Shown here piece after piece: positions 10,395-20,698 of a stretch of DNA of 64,000 nucleotides. Source of the stretch: a virus; the IMG/VR virus record IMGVR_UViG_3300032116_000082, positions 30,272-94,271 of that record. One strand, written 5' to 3'. Made by a program: the position numbers and the translations under genes. Every line of letters begins with the position of its first letter. The stretch's first letter is position 1. The notes beneath the pieces are model-generated. The model saw nothing but the letters and a program-made list of their open reading frames with translations. It was not told where the DNA came from and did no database searches.

Positions 10395-11101
10395 TAGTAG
10401 GGGATCTCCTCGTCGATCACAAACGTGAACTTGGTATTGCTATACCGGACGGATCCACCATCCCCGCGCAATTCGCGCGTGGTATCCAACACGCGTGCCT
10501 TCCACCAGGCGGGTTCCGACCATGACAGCAGGATCGTGCCGGTCCCGAGCGGGCCGCTGAGGGGATTCTCGAGCGTAAGGCTGGTGCTGGTGGCCCCAAT
10601 TACCGAGCGTCGCTCAAAGGGGTAAACCGTGCTTCCAGGAAGCACATCGATGACCGCATTCTTGAGCAGGGACGGACCGACGTTTGCAGGGAGCGACACA
10701 GACAATGTGGTAGTGCTCGTCGCCGACGCCGTGAGCTGCACCTGGCGATTCAGGTTCAGCAATCCGGTGACCCCGTCATAGACATAGATTTGCGGAGGAA
10801 GACCACGCGCCATGCGCGTGCGGGCCGTGAGCTGTTGAAGCCACTTGTAAGTGCGCTCGTAGGTCACCACCTCCGGCCCAGCATTGGACCAGATCCAGCT
10901 GCGGCGTCGTGGGTCGCGGTTAGTAACCTGAGTAATCACACGCCCATCGGCGGTCTCAATCACTTCGCCGAGCTCGGCGTTCGGGTACTCCACCCGCGTC
11001 GGTCCGGGAAGGAGCGGAACGTCCTGATTCAGCTTCGCCCCAGCAAGGTCGGCCATCGCGATGCGGAACCCAACCAGTTTGGTCGTCGTCGTAACGGGCA
11101 T
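10394..11101 (-). CDS. Putative distal tail (Dit-like) protein, 235 aa
   Basis: First gene after the tape measure. Start moved to ATG 11101 (MPVTTT) because of a GGGGGA RBS; the ORF-track start at 11215 lies inside the promoter motif. TAATG overlap with the next gene. Confidence 0.55.
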   Translation of the reverse strand: MPVTTTTKLVGFRIAMADLAGAKLNQDVPLLPGPTRVEYPNAELGEVIETADGRVITQVTNRDPRRRSWIWSNAGPEVVTYERTYKWLQQLTARTRMARGLPPQIYVYDGVTGLLNLNRQVQLTASATSTTTLSVSLPANVGPSLLKNAVIDVLPGSTVYPFERRSVIGATSTSLTLENPLSGPLGTGTILLSWSEPAWWKARVLDTTRELRGDGGSVRYSNTKFTFVIDEEIPY

Positions 11102-11113
11102 TGCTTCCCCCAT

Positions 11114-11156
11114 AAACACAAAAAGGCGCACCGTACCTGAATGGGCACGGGACGCC
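11114..11156 (-). terminator. Intrinsic terminator-like hairpin inside the leader of the Dit-like gene
   Basis: Minus strand GGCGTCCCGTGCC-cattca-GGTACGGTGCGCC (one mismatch, two G-U pairs) followed by TTTTTGTGTTT. Confidence 0.5.
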
Positions 11157-11186
11157 GTTTTGCACTCCGAAACTCCCCAAACGACA

Positions 11187-11221
11187 CTCCCCGTGACTCT
11201 AATAAGTCGAGTCACGGGGAG
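11187..11221. repeat. Perfect 13-bp inverted repeat enclosing the core of promoter A
   Basis: CTCCCCGTGACTC - 9 nt loop - GAGTCACGGGGAG. Confidence 0.9.
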
Positions 11222-11231
11222 CTGAGCGTAG
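11201..11231 (-). promoter_or_regulatory. Putative phage late promoter A
   Basis: Minus strand CTACG-ctcagctccccgtgact(17)-CGACTTATT. Confidence 0.65.
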
Positions 11232-11232
11232 G

Positions 11233-14200
11233 TTAGCGTCGGATATCGAAGGCGCTGCCTGCTCCTCGTAGTTCGTTCCGGATCGCGTCAGCCACTAGGG
11301 CCGCTACCTTCTGCTCATCCTGACCAGGAGCCGCATTGACCGTGATATTCATGGACACATTTCCGCCGCTGCTCGAGCTGTTCGCACCAAACGGACGGAA
11401 CGTCGGCACCACAAAGCCCGTCGGGACATTCATGAACCGGCTATCGAGCTGCAGCATCCGCGTCTGATTCTCAACCGCTTGAATCTGCTGTCGCGTATTG
11501 CGTTCGATGAGTTCCAGCGCGGTGATCTGCTTTTCGCCGTCCTCCACATTCTTCTTGAGCAGGCCACCAACCAGACCACCAAGCACACCACCAATAGCAC
11601 CACCCACCGGGCCGAGCGGTGTCATCGTCCCAATCATGGCCCCTATCGAGGCCCCTTCCTGGGCGAAGTTGGCGTCCTTATACGGGGAGTTGTTGTTGCC
11701 GATCTGCCCACCGGCCAGGGAGCCCGCCAGCACCAAGGCCGCTTCCCCAGCGGACTTCCAGGAACCCCCGCGAGAACTGGTACTGATCGACGAATTGCCA
11801 CCGCGCGTCCCCTGGGCATCCATGGTGCTCGTGCCCAGTGTGACGCCGACGCGATCAACCGGCGTCCCGCCGGACAGCAACGCCCCACCAGCGGCTGCCG
11901 CCGCTCCAGCTGCCGCTGCGGCCGTACCCTCGGCACCAGCCCCTGCAACTCCCCCGCCCACCGGACTGATGTTCGTGGCGCTCAGCGCCCCTTGCAGGGC
12001 GTTTCGTAGTTCGATCGAGGCATCACGCACGCCGTTCCGGAATCCTGCCTCGATGTGGGTTTCCGTCGTCAACGCCCCGTTATTGAAGCCGTCACGGAGC
12101 ACCGAACCAAGTACACCCGTTTCACTGAACGCCCGACGCATAAAGACATCGACCAAACGAGCCTGTGCCGCCTGGCCCATGGCCTCGAACATCTGGTTGC
12201 GCCCTTCCACATTGAAATTCCGATACGACATCAACACATTGCGCATCGGATTGGTCATGTCCTGGACCAACTGCATCGCCTCGTCCTGGCGACGACGCGT
12301 CAACTGACCATCCAGCGTGGCGACCGTATTATACTGGGCGGCCATGCGTTCCCGATCGGCCGTTGACTGCGTGTTGGCAAAATCCCGCCGAGCCTTCGCG
12401 AGCGCCTGGTCCTTCGGCGTGCCGTCAGGCATCAGGTTGGCCTCGGCGAGCGCGGCATCGCGTGCAATCGTCGCCTGGGCGATCTGATTATTATAGGCCA
12501 GCTGGGCGAGTGCCTGCTGGGAATTCAACGTGACCATCGGATTCCGCGGATCGAGCTGCTGCAAGGCAAAATCCCCCTGCAACAGCGCCTGCTCTAGCGT
12601 GAACCGCCCCTGGGCATTCGCTCGAGCATTGTCCGCCTGTACCTGAATCTCGTTACGCTTCCTTTCGCGCTCGACTTCGGCGAGAATCATGTCGTCAAGG
12701 ACCTTGCGCGCCTTCTCCCGGCGCTCGGCCAGCGTGCCCTCGAGTTTGGCAAGTGCGTTCAGCTGTTCTTTGGTCTTTACATCGCCAAAGGCACCCAAGG
12801 CATCCAGAACGTTTTGCAGCTCCTTCGCGGCGACCTGCAGTTCCTCCGGACTATCCGACCGCAGCCCGAACGAAATGACGTCGGTCAGCCCCTTCTGCGT
12901 CGCCGCCACATACTGCTGCCGCATCGCATTGAGCTTTTCGATGTCCCGCTTCCGTCCACCGCTCAGCGCAGCGATCACCGCGGGATCATTGGCGATGCCT
13001 GCCCCAAGTGCGCCGCTTCGGACACCGCCTTCTTCAACTTGAATCTGGCGCAGGACCTCAGCATCTGCACCAACTGCCGTGCCACCCGACAACACGCTCG
13101 CTGCCAGCTTCGCACGATCCGTCAGCAGGCGAATCGGCACCTGATCCATTCCAATCAACATCTGCCGAGCCGCCTGCGCCCGAGCACCGACCGAGTCAAA
13201 CCCCGTACCGTATTGCGCCGACAGCCGCTCTTCCGTACCGATCTCCGCCATACGCGACGCAAACTGCATGATCGGCTCGAACATCCGATCCCGGATACTG
13301 AAGTCGAGCGCTTTAGAGGTAACCGCTGCCGCCTGAGACGTACGCGTCAAGCTGTCGTTCAGCTTGAGTAGACGGTCCTTGTACTCCTTCATCCCCGCCG
13401 TTTGGATATTGATGGCCTCGGCGGTCTTCATGAGTTCCGCGCGAGCCAAATCTACCGCTTGCTGGAAGGCCTCGACAAAGGCACCACCAGGCGTTGCGGC
13501 CTCACCCACCGTCCCCAGTCCGCGCTGAATGGCCTTGATCCGCTGATCGCCGTCGTTGCCAACGGCTTTGTTGATCACACCGATAAGGTCCGCGGCCAGC
13601 TGCCGCTGATTGCCCAGACGATAGTACGCTCCGGACAATTCACCCTGTTGCTGCATATTCAGGTTACCGGCCTGTGCAGCTGACTGAATAACGGCCTGCG
13701 GAGTAATGGTCTGATTTGACTGACGGAGCCGCTCTTCAGCCGCCTTGAGCTGAGACCGCTGGTTGGCATTTACGAGCAACTGTGTACGAGCGTACTCATC
13801 CAGCTGCTGCAGCTCCTGACCAAACGTGAGCCTCCCAGCCATGTCGGCAAACGTACCACGCGTCCCTGGGGCTCGTAGATTGTTGGCAAACATGAACTGC
13901 TGCCCAGCGTAGCTATACTGCTCAAAGAAGTCATTAAAGGAAAACCGATTGGTCACCTTCACCCGTCGGCCGGAGCCGGGCATACCATTGTAATCAACCA
14001 GCATCTCCTGTTCAGACGAGTTCTTCAGCGTCTTCATCAAATCACCGAAGGACTTGTCCACCTCGGAGAACAAATCAGCAAGGTCCTTGCGAAGACCAGA
14101 CGTCATGGTATCTGGTACCGCGAGGCCGTACGTTGCCGTTGAGCGGACCAGCGCCAGCGCCTCCGCCGCAAGCGCAGCCGGATCGCCGATGTTAGCAAAT

Positions 14201-17200
14201 CCAGGTAGCGCCGCGCTCAGGTTCTTGACAAGCTCCTCGAGCGTCCGATCATACTGCTGATTTTGCGGCAGCTTCCCTCGGTCAACCTGATCCTGGACCT
14301 GACCCGCCGCCGAAAGGAACGCCGTGCGGACCTGGCTGGACAGTTCGTTCGTGTCCATCCCGTACTGGGTTGCCCGCCGGGAATATTCCTGGAAGAAGTC
14401 AGATTCGCGGAAGGTCTGCAGGTCGAATTCATCCGGCGTACGGACATCAAACTGATCTTGACGATTCTGGAACCACTTCAAGATCCCCACAATCACCGCG
14501 ACTCCCGCAGCGATAGCGGCGATCGGCGCAGCATACCCAGCAACGCCCGCAGCGAGACCAGCGCCTCGGACCGCCGCACCACTCAGGAAACCACCGCCAG
14601 CACCAGACGCAAATTGCATCAGCCGCGGGGCCAGCGCGGATCCAATTCGCGCAACCGCGAAGCTGGCACCAGCCGCCGTCAACATTCCGGCAGGACTCGA
14701 TAGGCCCTCACCAGCAGCAGCGCCCGCACGCAGTCCGGTCTTGAGCAGGCTGGCCACACCGGTGTCGTTGAACAACGTCGAGGCAAGCTTCGTGAGGGAC
14801 GTATTGAACTGCGCCAGTGAGGCGGATACGGTATCCATGCGCAGCTTGACACGCTCTTGCGTGTCCCCGTAAGCCAGGGCGCTCTCGTTTGCGACCTTGA
14901 GGACCTTCGTGTTGTAGTCGTCGAGCAATGCCGCCGCCACGTTCGACTGACGGGCACCCGCGAACGTCGTCAGCAGCTGCTGTGCCTTGACCGTATCGCC
15001 GCTAGCCTTGAGCTCCTGATACCGGTTAGCAATATCTCCAAGAATGTCCTGCAACGGACGCAGCTCGTTCGGGTTATCCCCCGCCAGGTTAATCTTAAAC
15101 TGCTCCTGCAGCGCCTTGGCGACCTCAGGAGCACCGAGACGAGAGATGATGAACCGCAGGGACGTGGCCGCCTGCTCGCCAGTGACACGCGTCCGTTCAA
15201 TGATCGCCGTGGACGCACCGATAACCAAGTCGAGGGCGTCGACTGCGCCCAGGGCCTGTGGCTGCAGCTGTTGCGCGAGCGAGCCCGCCCGCTGGATTGC
15301 GTTGGAGAGGTCCTGCGCACTGACCGCGTACTGCGACTCAATTCGGGAAATACGATCCAGAATATCAAACGCGGTGACCTGCCGGTCCGTAATGTTCTGG
15401 ACCGCGATGAGCATTTCGGTTGCCTGCTGCGCATCAAGCCCGGCGCCAATCTGGGCGGCCAGCGAGGCCCGCGTCAGGCTGATCGTTTCATTGGGGTCCG
15501 CACCCGTCTGCGCAAACAGCTTGGCGGAGCGCATCGATTCCTGGACGGACACCCCGTATTCCGTAGCGGCGCTGAAAACGCCCGAACCGATCGCGGCAGC
15601 CTGACCGCCCGATCGGGTACTCAGCACACCTTGAATGTTCTTCAAGTCCGTTTCAAACTGCACCGCGGCAGCCGATGCCTGACGAATCTCGTTCGCGATC
15701 GTGTACAGTATTCCACCCGCCGTCATATAAGCGGCGAGGTTCTTGAACTTATTGACCACGCGGTCCATCATCGATCCGCCAGCTTCCGCGTGATCAATGG
15801 ACGCCTGCGTCACCTTCAGCAGGGCGTTGTACAGCTTGCCCAACTCGCCGTTGAGCTGCCCGTACTTTGCCTTGAGCTTGTCGACGGAGCGCTCGGCCTG
15901 TGGAACGTTCAGGTCGTCATACCGCTTCCCAATGAACTCCTGCAATCCGGCACGAGACTGCTCCAAGCTCTTGCGACGCGCCTGAATCCGTGGATCATCG
16001 CCTGTTAACAGGGCTGATTCGGCATCAATCGTTCGAAGCTTCTTCTCTGCATCCAAGATGGACCGATACTGATCACCGAACGCGTTACGCGTACGCGCGG
16101 CATCGATGACAGCCGTCGCGGCGGCAGACACCTCATTGTTCCGTCCGGAGAAGAACCGAGGATCGGAAGAACTCATCGCGCGGGCGTTCATCGCAAACGT
16201 CTGCATCAGTGCATCCATCTGCGCACTGTTCTGGGCAATCTGGCGCGAGGTGGTGCGCGTGGACATCTGCGCACCCACCTGGGCATCGAACGTGGCCAGA
16301 AGGTCCTGCGCACGCATCTGGGAATTGCCGATCTGATTCCGCCCACGCAGGATGAGCTCCCGCAGGACCGCCGGATCCGTCCCAAGGACAGGAGCGGTTC
16401 CAGACAATGCCGGGCTGCCGGTCAGTGTCGGCATCGTGTCGTCATACCGGACACCACGACCGCCGCCGTATGCCTGGCGATTGATCAGCCGGTCCAGCTC
16501 GCCCTTGGTCTTGATCTCCTCACGGGACAGCCGATCGGCGTTCTTATCTGCCAACGACGCCCCAGCCAGCCCACGCGTCGTCGCCAACGCATTGACCTTC
16601 TCCAAGGCTGCCGCATACGGCTTAAGAACTTCCGCCAGACGCTGGAACTCCTTAATGACCGGGTCAAACTGTACGGTCGCCAGCTCCGACATCGTCTTGT
16701 TAATGCGGGCCAGAGCGCCTTCGACCCCGTTCATAGCGTCCAGGAATTGCTTGGCGGCGGTCGTCTCGGCGGACATGGTCTGGCCGAGTTCGTTGACACC
16801 TTGCAGCGGATTGTCGAGCAAACGCGAACGGACACCGCCCTTCCGGACATAGGCCCGCTCCTTGGGATCCAGGAGCGCCCCGTCCATGATGTCGCCACCA
16901 ACGGCCATCGGCGACGTGCGATAGTAGTAGCGCCCGCCGAACTCCAGCTCACGCTGCCATTCAAGCATCTGTTCGCGCCGATAATCCGTGAAGTTCTTGG
17001 GATCTTCACGTGCCATGGTCTCATATCGCCGGAACATCTTCTCGGCAAAGGCCCGGCGCTGCTCCGTCTGTGGAGCAAACTCACCACCACGACTAATGAA
17101 CCCACGAAGCCACCGCTCACGAACCTCGCGATCCGGCACGTCGCGGTAACCGTCCATGAACGGCGCGGTATCAATGTCCAGGTTGGGATTGAAGGTCGGC

Positions 17201-19212
17201 AGCGGAAACGTCCCGCGCGGACGCGTCAGCTCAAACGCAGTTTTTGCGTCGTTGAACTGTCGCTGAAAGCGCCGTACGCCTCCAAGCGCACCCATCGCCT
17301 GGCGAGAATCCCGCGGAATGTTCCCGGCAATAACGGAGAGCAGGTTATTGCCCGTGATTTCGTCCGCCAGCTCCTTCGGGATAGCAGAGATCTGCCCAGA
17401 GCCCATCTTCTTGAGGGCCGCGGCATACTTGTTGAGCGTGTCGCGAACGTACTGTGCCAACGTGCGCGGCAGCAGCAGGGCTTCCTGCGTCAGATTGGGG
17501 TTCTCTGACGACAGGCTCTTCACGCGCTCCTGCGAGAAGTTGAGTTCTGCCAACTGGCGATTGATCTGCGTTTCCCGATCCCGCACCTGCTGTTGCGACA
17601 GATTCGGGTTGTTGATCGTGCGCTCGCGATCCATTTCGAGCTTCGCCCGCAACTGCGTGGCCGCCTGCATGACCCAGTTATTCGTATTGCGGAACGTCAG
17701 CTGGCCACGCTCGAGCTCCGCCTGTTCCAGCTTCTTCTGGTTTTCCCACGCCTGATTTTGGATCTCCTGGCGCTTGGTCGGGTCCGTCTCACTACGAAGG
17801 CTCTTGCCGTAAATGGCCCGCTGCTGCCGCAGCTGATCGATCTGCTCGTCAAGCGCCTTGCCCTGCGGACTAAAGGCGACACGTGCAGACATCCGCTCAA
17901 ACACTTGCGGAATGGCCATGACGCCAGCATCCGCCGCCCGCTGGAACATGCTGCCTTCACGCGTACTCAGCCCAGAGAGGAACTGGGCTGCCCGCCGCTG
18001 GGCGAGGGCCTCGTGGCTCTGCGGCGCCTGCTCAAACACCGCCTCCGCCTGGGCCCGCTGACGCGAGCTCATGAAGTTCGGACCCCCTGCTGGACTCGTA
18101 CGGAGCATCTCCGCATCCATCTGCTGGATGTGCTGCTCCATAACCATGGCTTCACCGCGCAGGTCGTCGAGCTTCTTGCGACGCTCCGCGATCGCCTGAA
18201 CCAGCCCCTCCTGGCCTCGGAACTGCTGTCCAGCTTTTGCCTTCGCCTCCAGGTTGGCTAGCTTCGTCTCATACGTGCGAAGCTGATCCTCCGCCGTCCG
18301 CATATCGGCGCGTACTCGGTCCAAGCTCTCCGTCTGAGACTGGCGCGAACGGCGCAGCTGCTCAGGGTCAGTGCCGTACGCGGTCTTACGAAACACATCG
18401 GCACCCCACTTCGCCTCACCGGGAGACACTTCGCCATAGTACTGCTGACCGCCGCCGCCCATCGCGAGACCATTGCGGACCGCTTCGGAAATAGCCGTGG
18501 CCATTCCTGCCGTCGCGTCGGCGATACCTGAACGCAGTGCGTCGGCAAGCCGTGCGGCACCGGTTTCGAACGCCTTGTTGATGACGGAGGCGTCGATGGC
18601 CAGGCCGGGCGTGCGGCCGGACGCCGTAGTTTCCCGGACGACCTGCGACTGCTCGACCAGGCGCCGACGACGGTCCGCCAACCGCTGACGAAGGTCACCC
18701 TTCGTCAGGTCAAACGGATCGTCCCCTTCGAACCCGCTGCCTAGGGCCGACCGCAACGCGCGAACGTGCTTGTCCGTGATGACCTTGGCACCCTTATCCA
18801 ACTCATCAAGCAGCTTATTGACCGTATCGATGTTGCGAATCTGCCGGTCGAATCGGGTAGGCACCGGACGGCTGCCGCCACCGCCCATGCCGGAGACCAT
18901 CTGCGCCAGCTTACTGATCGACTGCTCGAGCGCCGTGGTGTCGACCTGCACGCTTCCGCCACCACCGCCCCCGCCACCGTCGCCGCCAACTGCATAATTG
19001 ACACGCCCGCCCCCGCGGGAGAAGCCCTTGCTGACCGCCTGGCCAATCTCCTTGGACAGGCTCTCGAGGGACGTGGCGTTGACGCGCACGTCAAACTCTG
19101 CGCCTTTTCCAGACAGCTGCTGGATGGCAACAATGGTATCGTGCAGCTTCTGGAGCTCACCGAGCTTGTCCAGCTGCACAGAAATGAGATAATTCAACCC
19201 ACTTGTTGCCAT
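11233..19212 (-). CDS. Tail tape measure protein (2659 aa)
   Basis: Long, helical and A/Q/R/L-rich. TP901-like core (AVQFETDLKNIQGVL...YGVSVQESMRSAKLFAQTG...YAVSAQDLSNAIQRAGS), Gly/Ala-rich hydrophobic stretches, C-terminal MNITVN motif. Lies downstream of the tail tube and chaperone genes. Confidence 0.92.
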   Translation of the reverse strand: MATSGLNYLISVQLDKLGELQKLHDTIVAIQQLSGKGAEFDVRVNATSLESLSKEIGQAVSKGFSRGGGRVNYAVGGDGGGGGGGGSVQVDTTALEQSISKLAQMVSGMGGGGSRPVPTRFDRQIRNIDTVNKLLDELDKGAKVITDKHVRALRSALGSGFEGDDPFDLTKGDLRQRLADRRRRLVEQSQVVRETTASGRTPGLAIDASVINKAFETGAARLADALRSGIADATAGMATAISEAVRNGLAMGGGGQQYYGEVSPGEAKWGADVFRKTAYGTDPEQLRRSRQSQTESLDRVRADMRTAEDQLRTYETKLANLEAKAKAGQQFRGQEGLVQAIAERRKKLDDLRGEAMVMEQHIQQMDAEMLRTSPAGGPNFMSSRQRAQAEAVFEQAPQSHEALAQRRAAQFLSGLSTREGSMFQRAADAGVMAIPQVFERMSARVAFSPQGKALDEQIDQLRQQRAIYGKSLRSETDPTKRQEIQNQAWENQKKLEQAELERGQLTFRNTNNWVMQAATQLRAKLEMDRERTINNPNLSQQQVRDRETQINRQLAELNFSQERVKSLSSENPNLTQEALLLPRTLAQYVRDTLNKYAAALKKMGSGQISAIPKELADEITGNNLLSVIAGNIPRDSRQAMGALGGVRRFQRQFNDAKTAFELTRPRGTFPLPTFNPNLDIDTAPFMDGYRDVPDREVRERWLRGFISRGGEFAPQTEQRRAFAEKMFRRYETMAREDPKNFTDYRREQMLEWQRELEFGGRYYYRTSPMAVGGDIMDGALLDPKERAYVRKGGVRSRLLDNPLQGVNELGQTMSAETTAAKQFLDAMNGVEGALARINKTMSELATVQFDPVIKEFQRLAEVLKPYAAALEKVNALATTRGLAGASLADKNADRLSREEIKTKGELDRLINRQAYGGGRGVRYDDTMPTLTGSPALSGTAPVLGTDPAVLRELILRGRNQIGNSQMRAQDLLATFDAQVGAQMSTRTTSRQIAQNSAQMDALMQTFAMNARAMSSSDPRFFSGRNNEVSAAATAVIDAARTRNAFGDQYRSILDAEKKLRTIDAESALLTGDDPRIQARRKSLEQSRAGLQEFIGKRYDDLNVPQAERSVDKLKAKYGQLNGELGKLYNALLKVTQASIDHAEAGGSMMDRVVNKFKNLAAYMTAGGILYTIANEIRQASAAAVQFETDLKNIQGVLSTRSGGQAAAIGSGVFSAATEYGVSVQESMRSAKLFAQTGADPNETISLTRASLAAQIGAGLDAQQATEMLIAVQNITDRQVTAFDILDRISRIESQYAVSAQDLSNAIQRAGSLAQQLQPQALGAVDALDLVIGASTAIIERTRVTGEQAATSLRFIISRLGAPEVAKALQEQFKINLAGDNPNELRPLQDILGDIANRYQELKASGDTVKAQQLLTTFAGARQSNVAAALLDDYNTKVLKVANESALAYGDTQERVKLRMDTVSASLAQFNTSLTKLASTLFNDTGVASLLKTGLRAGAAAGEGLSSPAGMLTAAGASFAVARIGSALAPRLMQFASGAGGGFLSGAAVRGAGLAAGVAGYAAPIAAIAAGVAVIVGILKWFQNRQDQFDVRTPDEFDLQTFRESDFFQEYSRRATQYGMDTNELSSQVRTAFLSAAGQVQDQVDRGKLPQNQQYDRTLEELVKNLSAALPGFANIGDPAALAAEALALVRSTATYGLAVPDTMTSGLRKDLADLFSEVDKSFGDLMKTLKNSSEQEMLVDYNGMPGSGRRVKVTNRFSFNDFFEQYSYAGQQFMFANNLRAPGTRGTFADMAGRLTFGQELQQLDEYARTQLLVNANQRSQLKAAEERLRQSNQTITPQAVIQSAAQAGNLNMQQQGELSGAYYRLGNQRQLAADLIGVINKAVGNDGDQRIKAIQRGLGTVGEAATPGGAFVEAFQQAVDLARAELMKTAEAINIQTAGMKEYKDRLLKLNDSLTRTSQAAAVTSKALDFSIRDRMFEPIMQFASRMAEIGTEERLSAQYGTGFDSVGARAQAARQMLIGMDQVPIRLLTDRAKLAASVLSGGTAVGADAEVLRQIQVEEGGVRSGALGAGIANDPAVIAALSGGRKRDIEKLNAMRQQYVAATQKGLTDVISFGLRSDSPEELQVAAKELQNVLDALGAFGDVKTKEQLNALAKLEGTLAERREKARKVLDDMILAEVERERKRNEIQVQADNARANAQGRFTLEQALLQGDFALQQLDPRNPMVTLNSQQALAQLAYNNQIAQATIARDAALAEANLMPDGTPKDQALAKARRDFANTQSTADRERMAAQYNTVATLDGQLTRRRQDEAMQLVQDMTNPMRNVLMSYRNFNVEGRNQMFEAMGQAAQARLVDVFMRRAFSETGVLGSVLRDGFNNGALTTETHIEAGFRNGVRDASIELRNALQGALSATNISPVGGGVAGAGAEGTAAAAAGAAAAAGGALLSGGTPVDRVGVTLGTSTMDAQGTRGGNSSISTSSRGGSWKSAGEAALVLAGSLAGGQIGNNNSPYKDANFAQEGASIGAMIGTMTPLGPVGGAIGGVLGGLVGGLLKKNVEDGEKQITALELIERNTRQQIQAVENQTRMLQLDSRFMNVPTGFVVPTFRPFGANSSSSGGNVSMNITVNAAPGQDEQKVAALVADAIRNELRGAGSAFDIRR

Positions 19213-19226
19213 GACGATATCCTCGG

Positions 19227-20342
19227 CTACCGAACGGTCAGCAAATCATCCAGCGCTTTCGTCAACTCCCGGTCCAAATCCAACAGGTCTTCCGCATGAA
19301 ACTGCCCGTTGTTATTGAACAAGAAGTTCATCGGTTGCGTACCACGTAACAGCAGTCCGACATTCTCATTGTTACGAGGCCCATAGTGCCAGGTGGGTTC
19401 CTTGTTTGCACCAGGATTTCCCGCCGTTTTCCGCCGCGCACCCGTGCCAAATTCCAAGTGCCGCCAAAAGCTTTTATAACGGGAACTAGTCGGCATACCC
19501 GTCAACATATAAGTCGCAGATGGAGTCGTCAGATCATCGACGACATTCATGGGGCCAAGGCCCACTCCCGCCAGGTTTCCGACTCTCCAATCCTGCACAA
19601 AATTGGCGTCGGTGATAATGCTCAGAAGCGCGATCATCTGACGGCGAAACACATTACCGGTCTTGAGGCTGAACGTATGCGATCGATACGTCTTCCCCTC
19701 AGGGCTCTTCTTGAGCTGCTTTATCATGCGCTCGTTGAGCTTCGTCAGCCGATCCCGAAGCTCCGCCGCACGATCCAAATCACCAGACACCTGTGCGTCG
19801 TTTAGACGATCCATGGTGCGGGCAATGGTGCCTTGTAACCCCACATCCTCCATACGCTTCTTGATCTGCTGGCTTGCAGGGCGCTCGACCCCCTGTTCTT
19901 TCAGCACCTGCATCTCGAGCGCCTTAGTCATATTCGCCAAATACCGCGCACGAACATTCTTTGCCACCGAGCGAAGGACTGCGACTTTCAGAATCCGCCG
20001 CACCACCTCATCGCCCTTTAACAAGTGCTGAAGGCCAGCAGCCGCACCATCAAAACCGGACGACGAAAAGGAGAACCGCACCTTAATCGTGAAGGAACCT
20101 GGAGGACTGGCAACCCGGAACGGTGTCTTTTGAGTGGCCTGAACCGCGATCTGTTGCTGCCGCTGTTCCGACGCCTGCGCGCCGCGACGCTTGGAGCGCT
20201 CAACCCGCTGACGACGATACTCCTGATACCACTGCTCACGGTTGTACTGCGGGCGAGGAAACTCCGGCGGCATCGGCTGCGACCGGAGCATCCCCTTGTC
20301 CATATTCCACTCGTCTAAGTCATCCGGCGGTGCCATACTCAC
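19227..20342 (-). CDS. Putative neck/tail-completion protein (HK97 gp10-like motif), about 370 aa
   Basis: FWRHLEFGTG...GTQPMNFL resembles the gp10/virion-morphogenesis signature. GTGA overlap with the stop of the frameshift extension. Confidence 0.5.
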   Translation of the reverse strand: MSMAPPDDLDEWNMDKGMLRSQPMPPEFPRPQYNREQWYQEYRRQRVERSKRRGAQASEQRQQQIAVQATQKTPFRVASPPGSFTIKVRFSFSSSGFDGAAAGLQHLLKGDEVVRRILKVAVLRSVAKNVRARYLANMTKALEMQVLKEQGVERPASQQIKKRMEDVGLQGTIARTMDRLNDAQVSGDLDRAAELRDRLTKLNERMIKQLKKSPEGKTYRSHTFSLKTGNVFRRQMIALLSIITDANFVQDWRVGNLAGVGLGPMNVVDDLTTPSATYMLTGMPTSSRYKSFWRHLEFGTGARRKTAGNPGANKEPTWHYGPRNNENVGLLLRGTQPMNFLFNNNGQFHAEDLLDLDRELTKALDDLLTVR

Positions 20343-20698
20343 CCCTTAAACTCTGGGACCCCTGCGAAATCCGCTTGCACGTTCTTCTTACCGGACTTGA
20401 TCGCCATTTCCCGCGTGTAGTTGGTGTACCACCGGTCAAGCTCCTCGTCGTCCTCGATGATATGCTCGTCCGGTTTATCAGACGGCAGCATGTTGTTGAG
20501 GGAGTCGTAAAACCGGGCGTACCCCAGCAGGGTTAACTGACCATCGTCTATGTCGTAGCCAGAACCGAGGCCGAAGAGCCGGAGTCCGTCTCCGCCGCAG
20601 GACTTGAATCGAGCCTGGAAGTCGGCGGAGCGGGCGATTCGTCGGATGGCTCGGACTCCCCACTGGACGAAGTCGTCTCCCCCACGTCCGCCGCGAGA
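20339..20698 (-). CDS. -1 frame C-terminal extension of the tail assembly chaperone (gpGT-like); fused product about 433 aa
   Basis: 119 open codons in the -1 frame from the slip site: SRGGRGGDDFVQWGVRAIRRIARSADFQARFKSC...LGYARFYDSLNNMLPSDKPDEHIIEDDEELDRWY...EFKG*. It fills the gap to the next gene exactly and is not in the ORF track. Confidence 0.8.
   Translation of the reverse strand, partial: SRGGRGGDDFVQWGVRAIRRIARSADFQARFKSCGGDGLRLFGLGSGYDIDDGQLTLLGYARFYDSLNNMLPSDKPDEHIIEDDEELDRWYTNYTREMAIKSGKKNVQADFAGVPEFKG

Noticed and set aside
11102-11215. ORF-track starts at 11215 (likewise 21693, 29179, 38818, 40148, 55024)
   Set aside because: These upstream extensions overlap promoter motifs or neighbouring genes. 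Downstream starts with an RBS or stop-start coupling are better supported.
19508-19516. CGACTTATA inside the gp10-like gene, about 300 nt upstream of the TMP
   Set aside because: Lies in coding sequence and lacks the CG box at 17-18 nt; cannot be told from chance.
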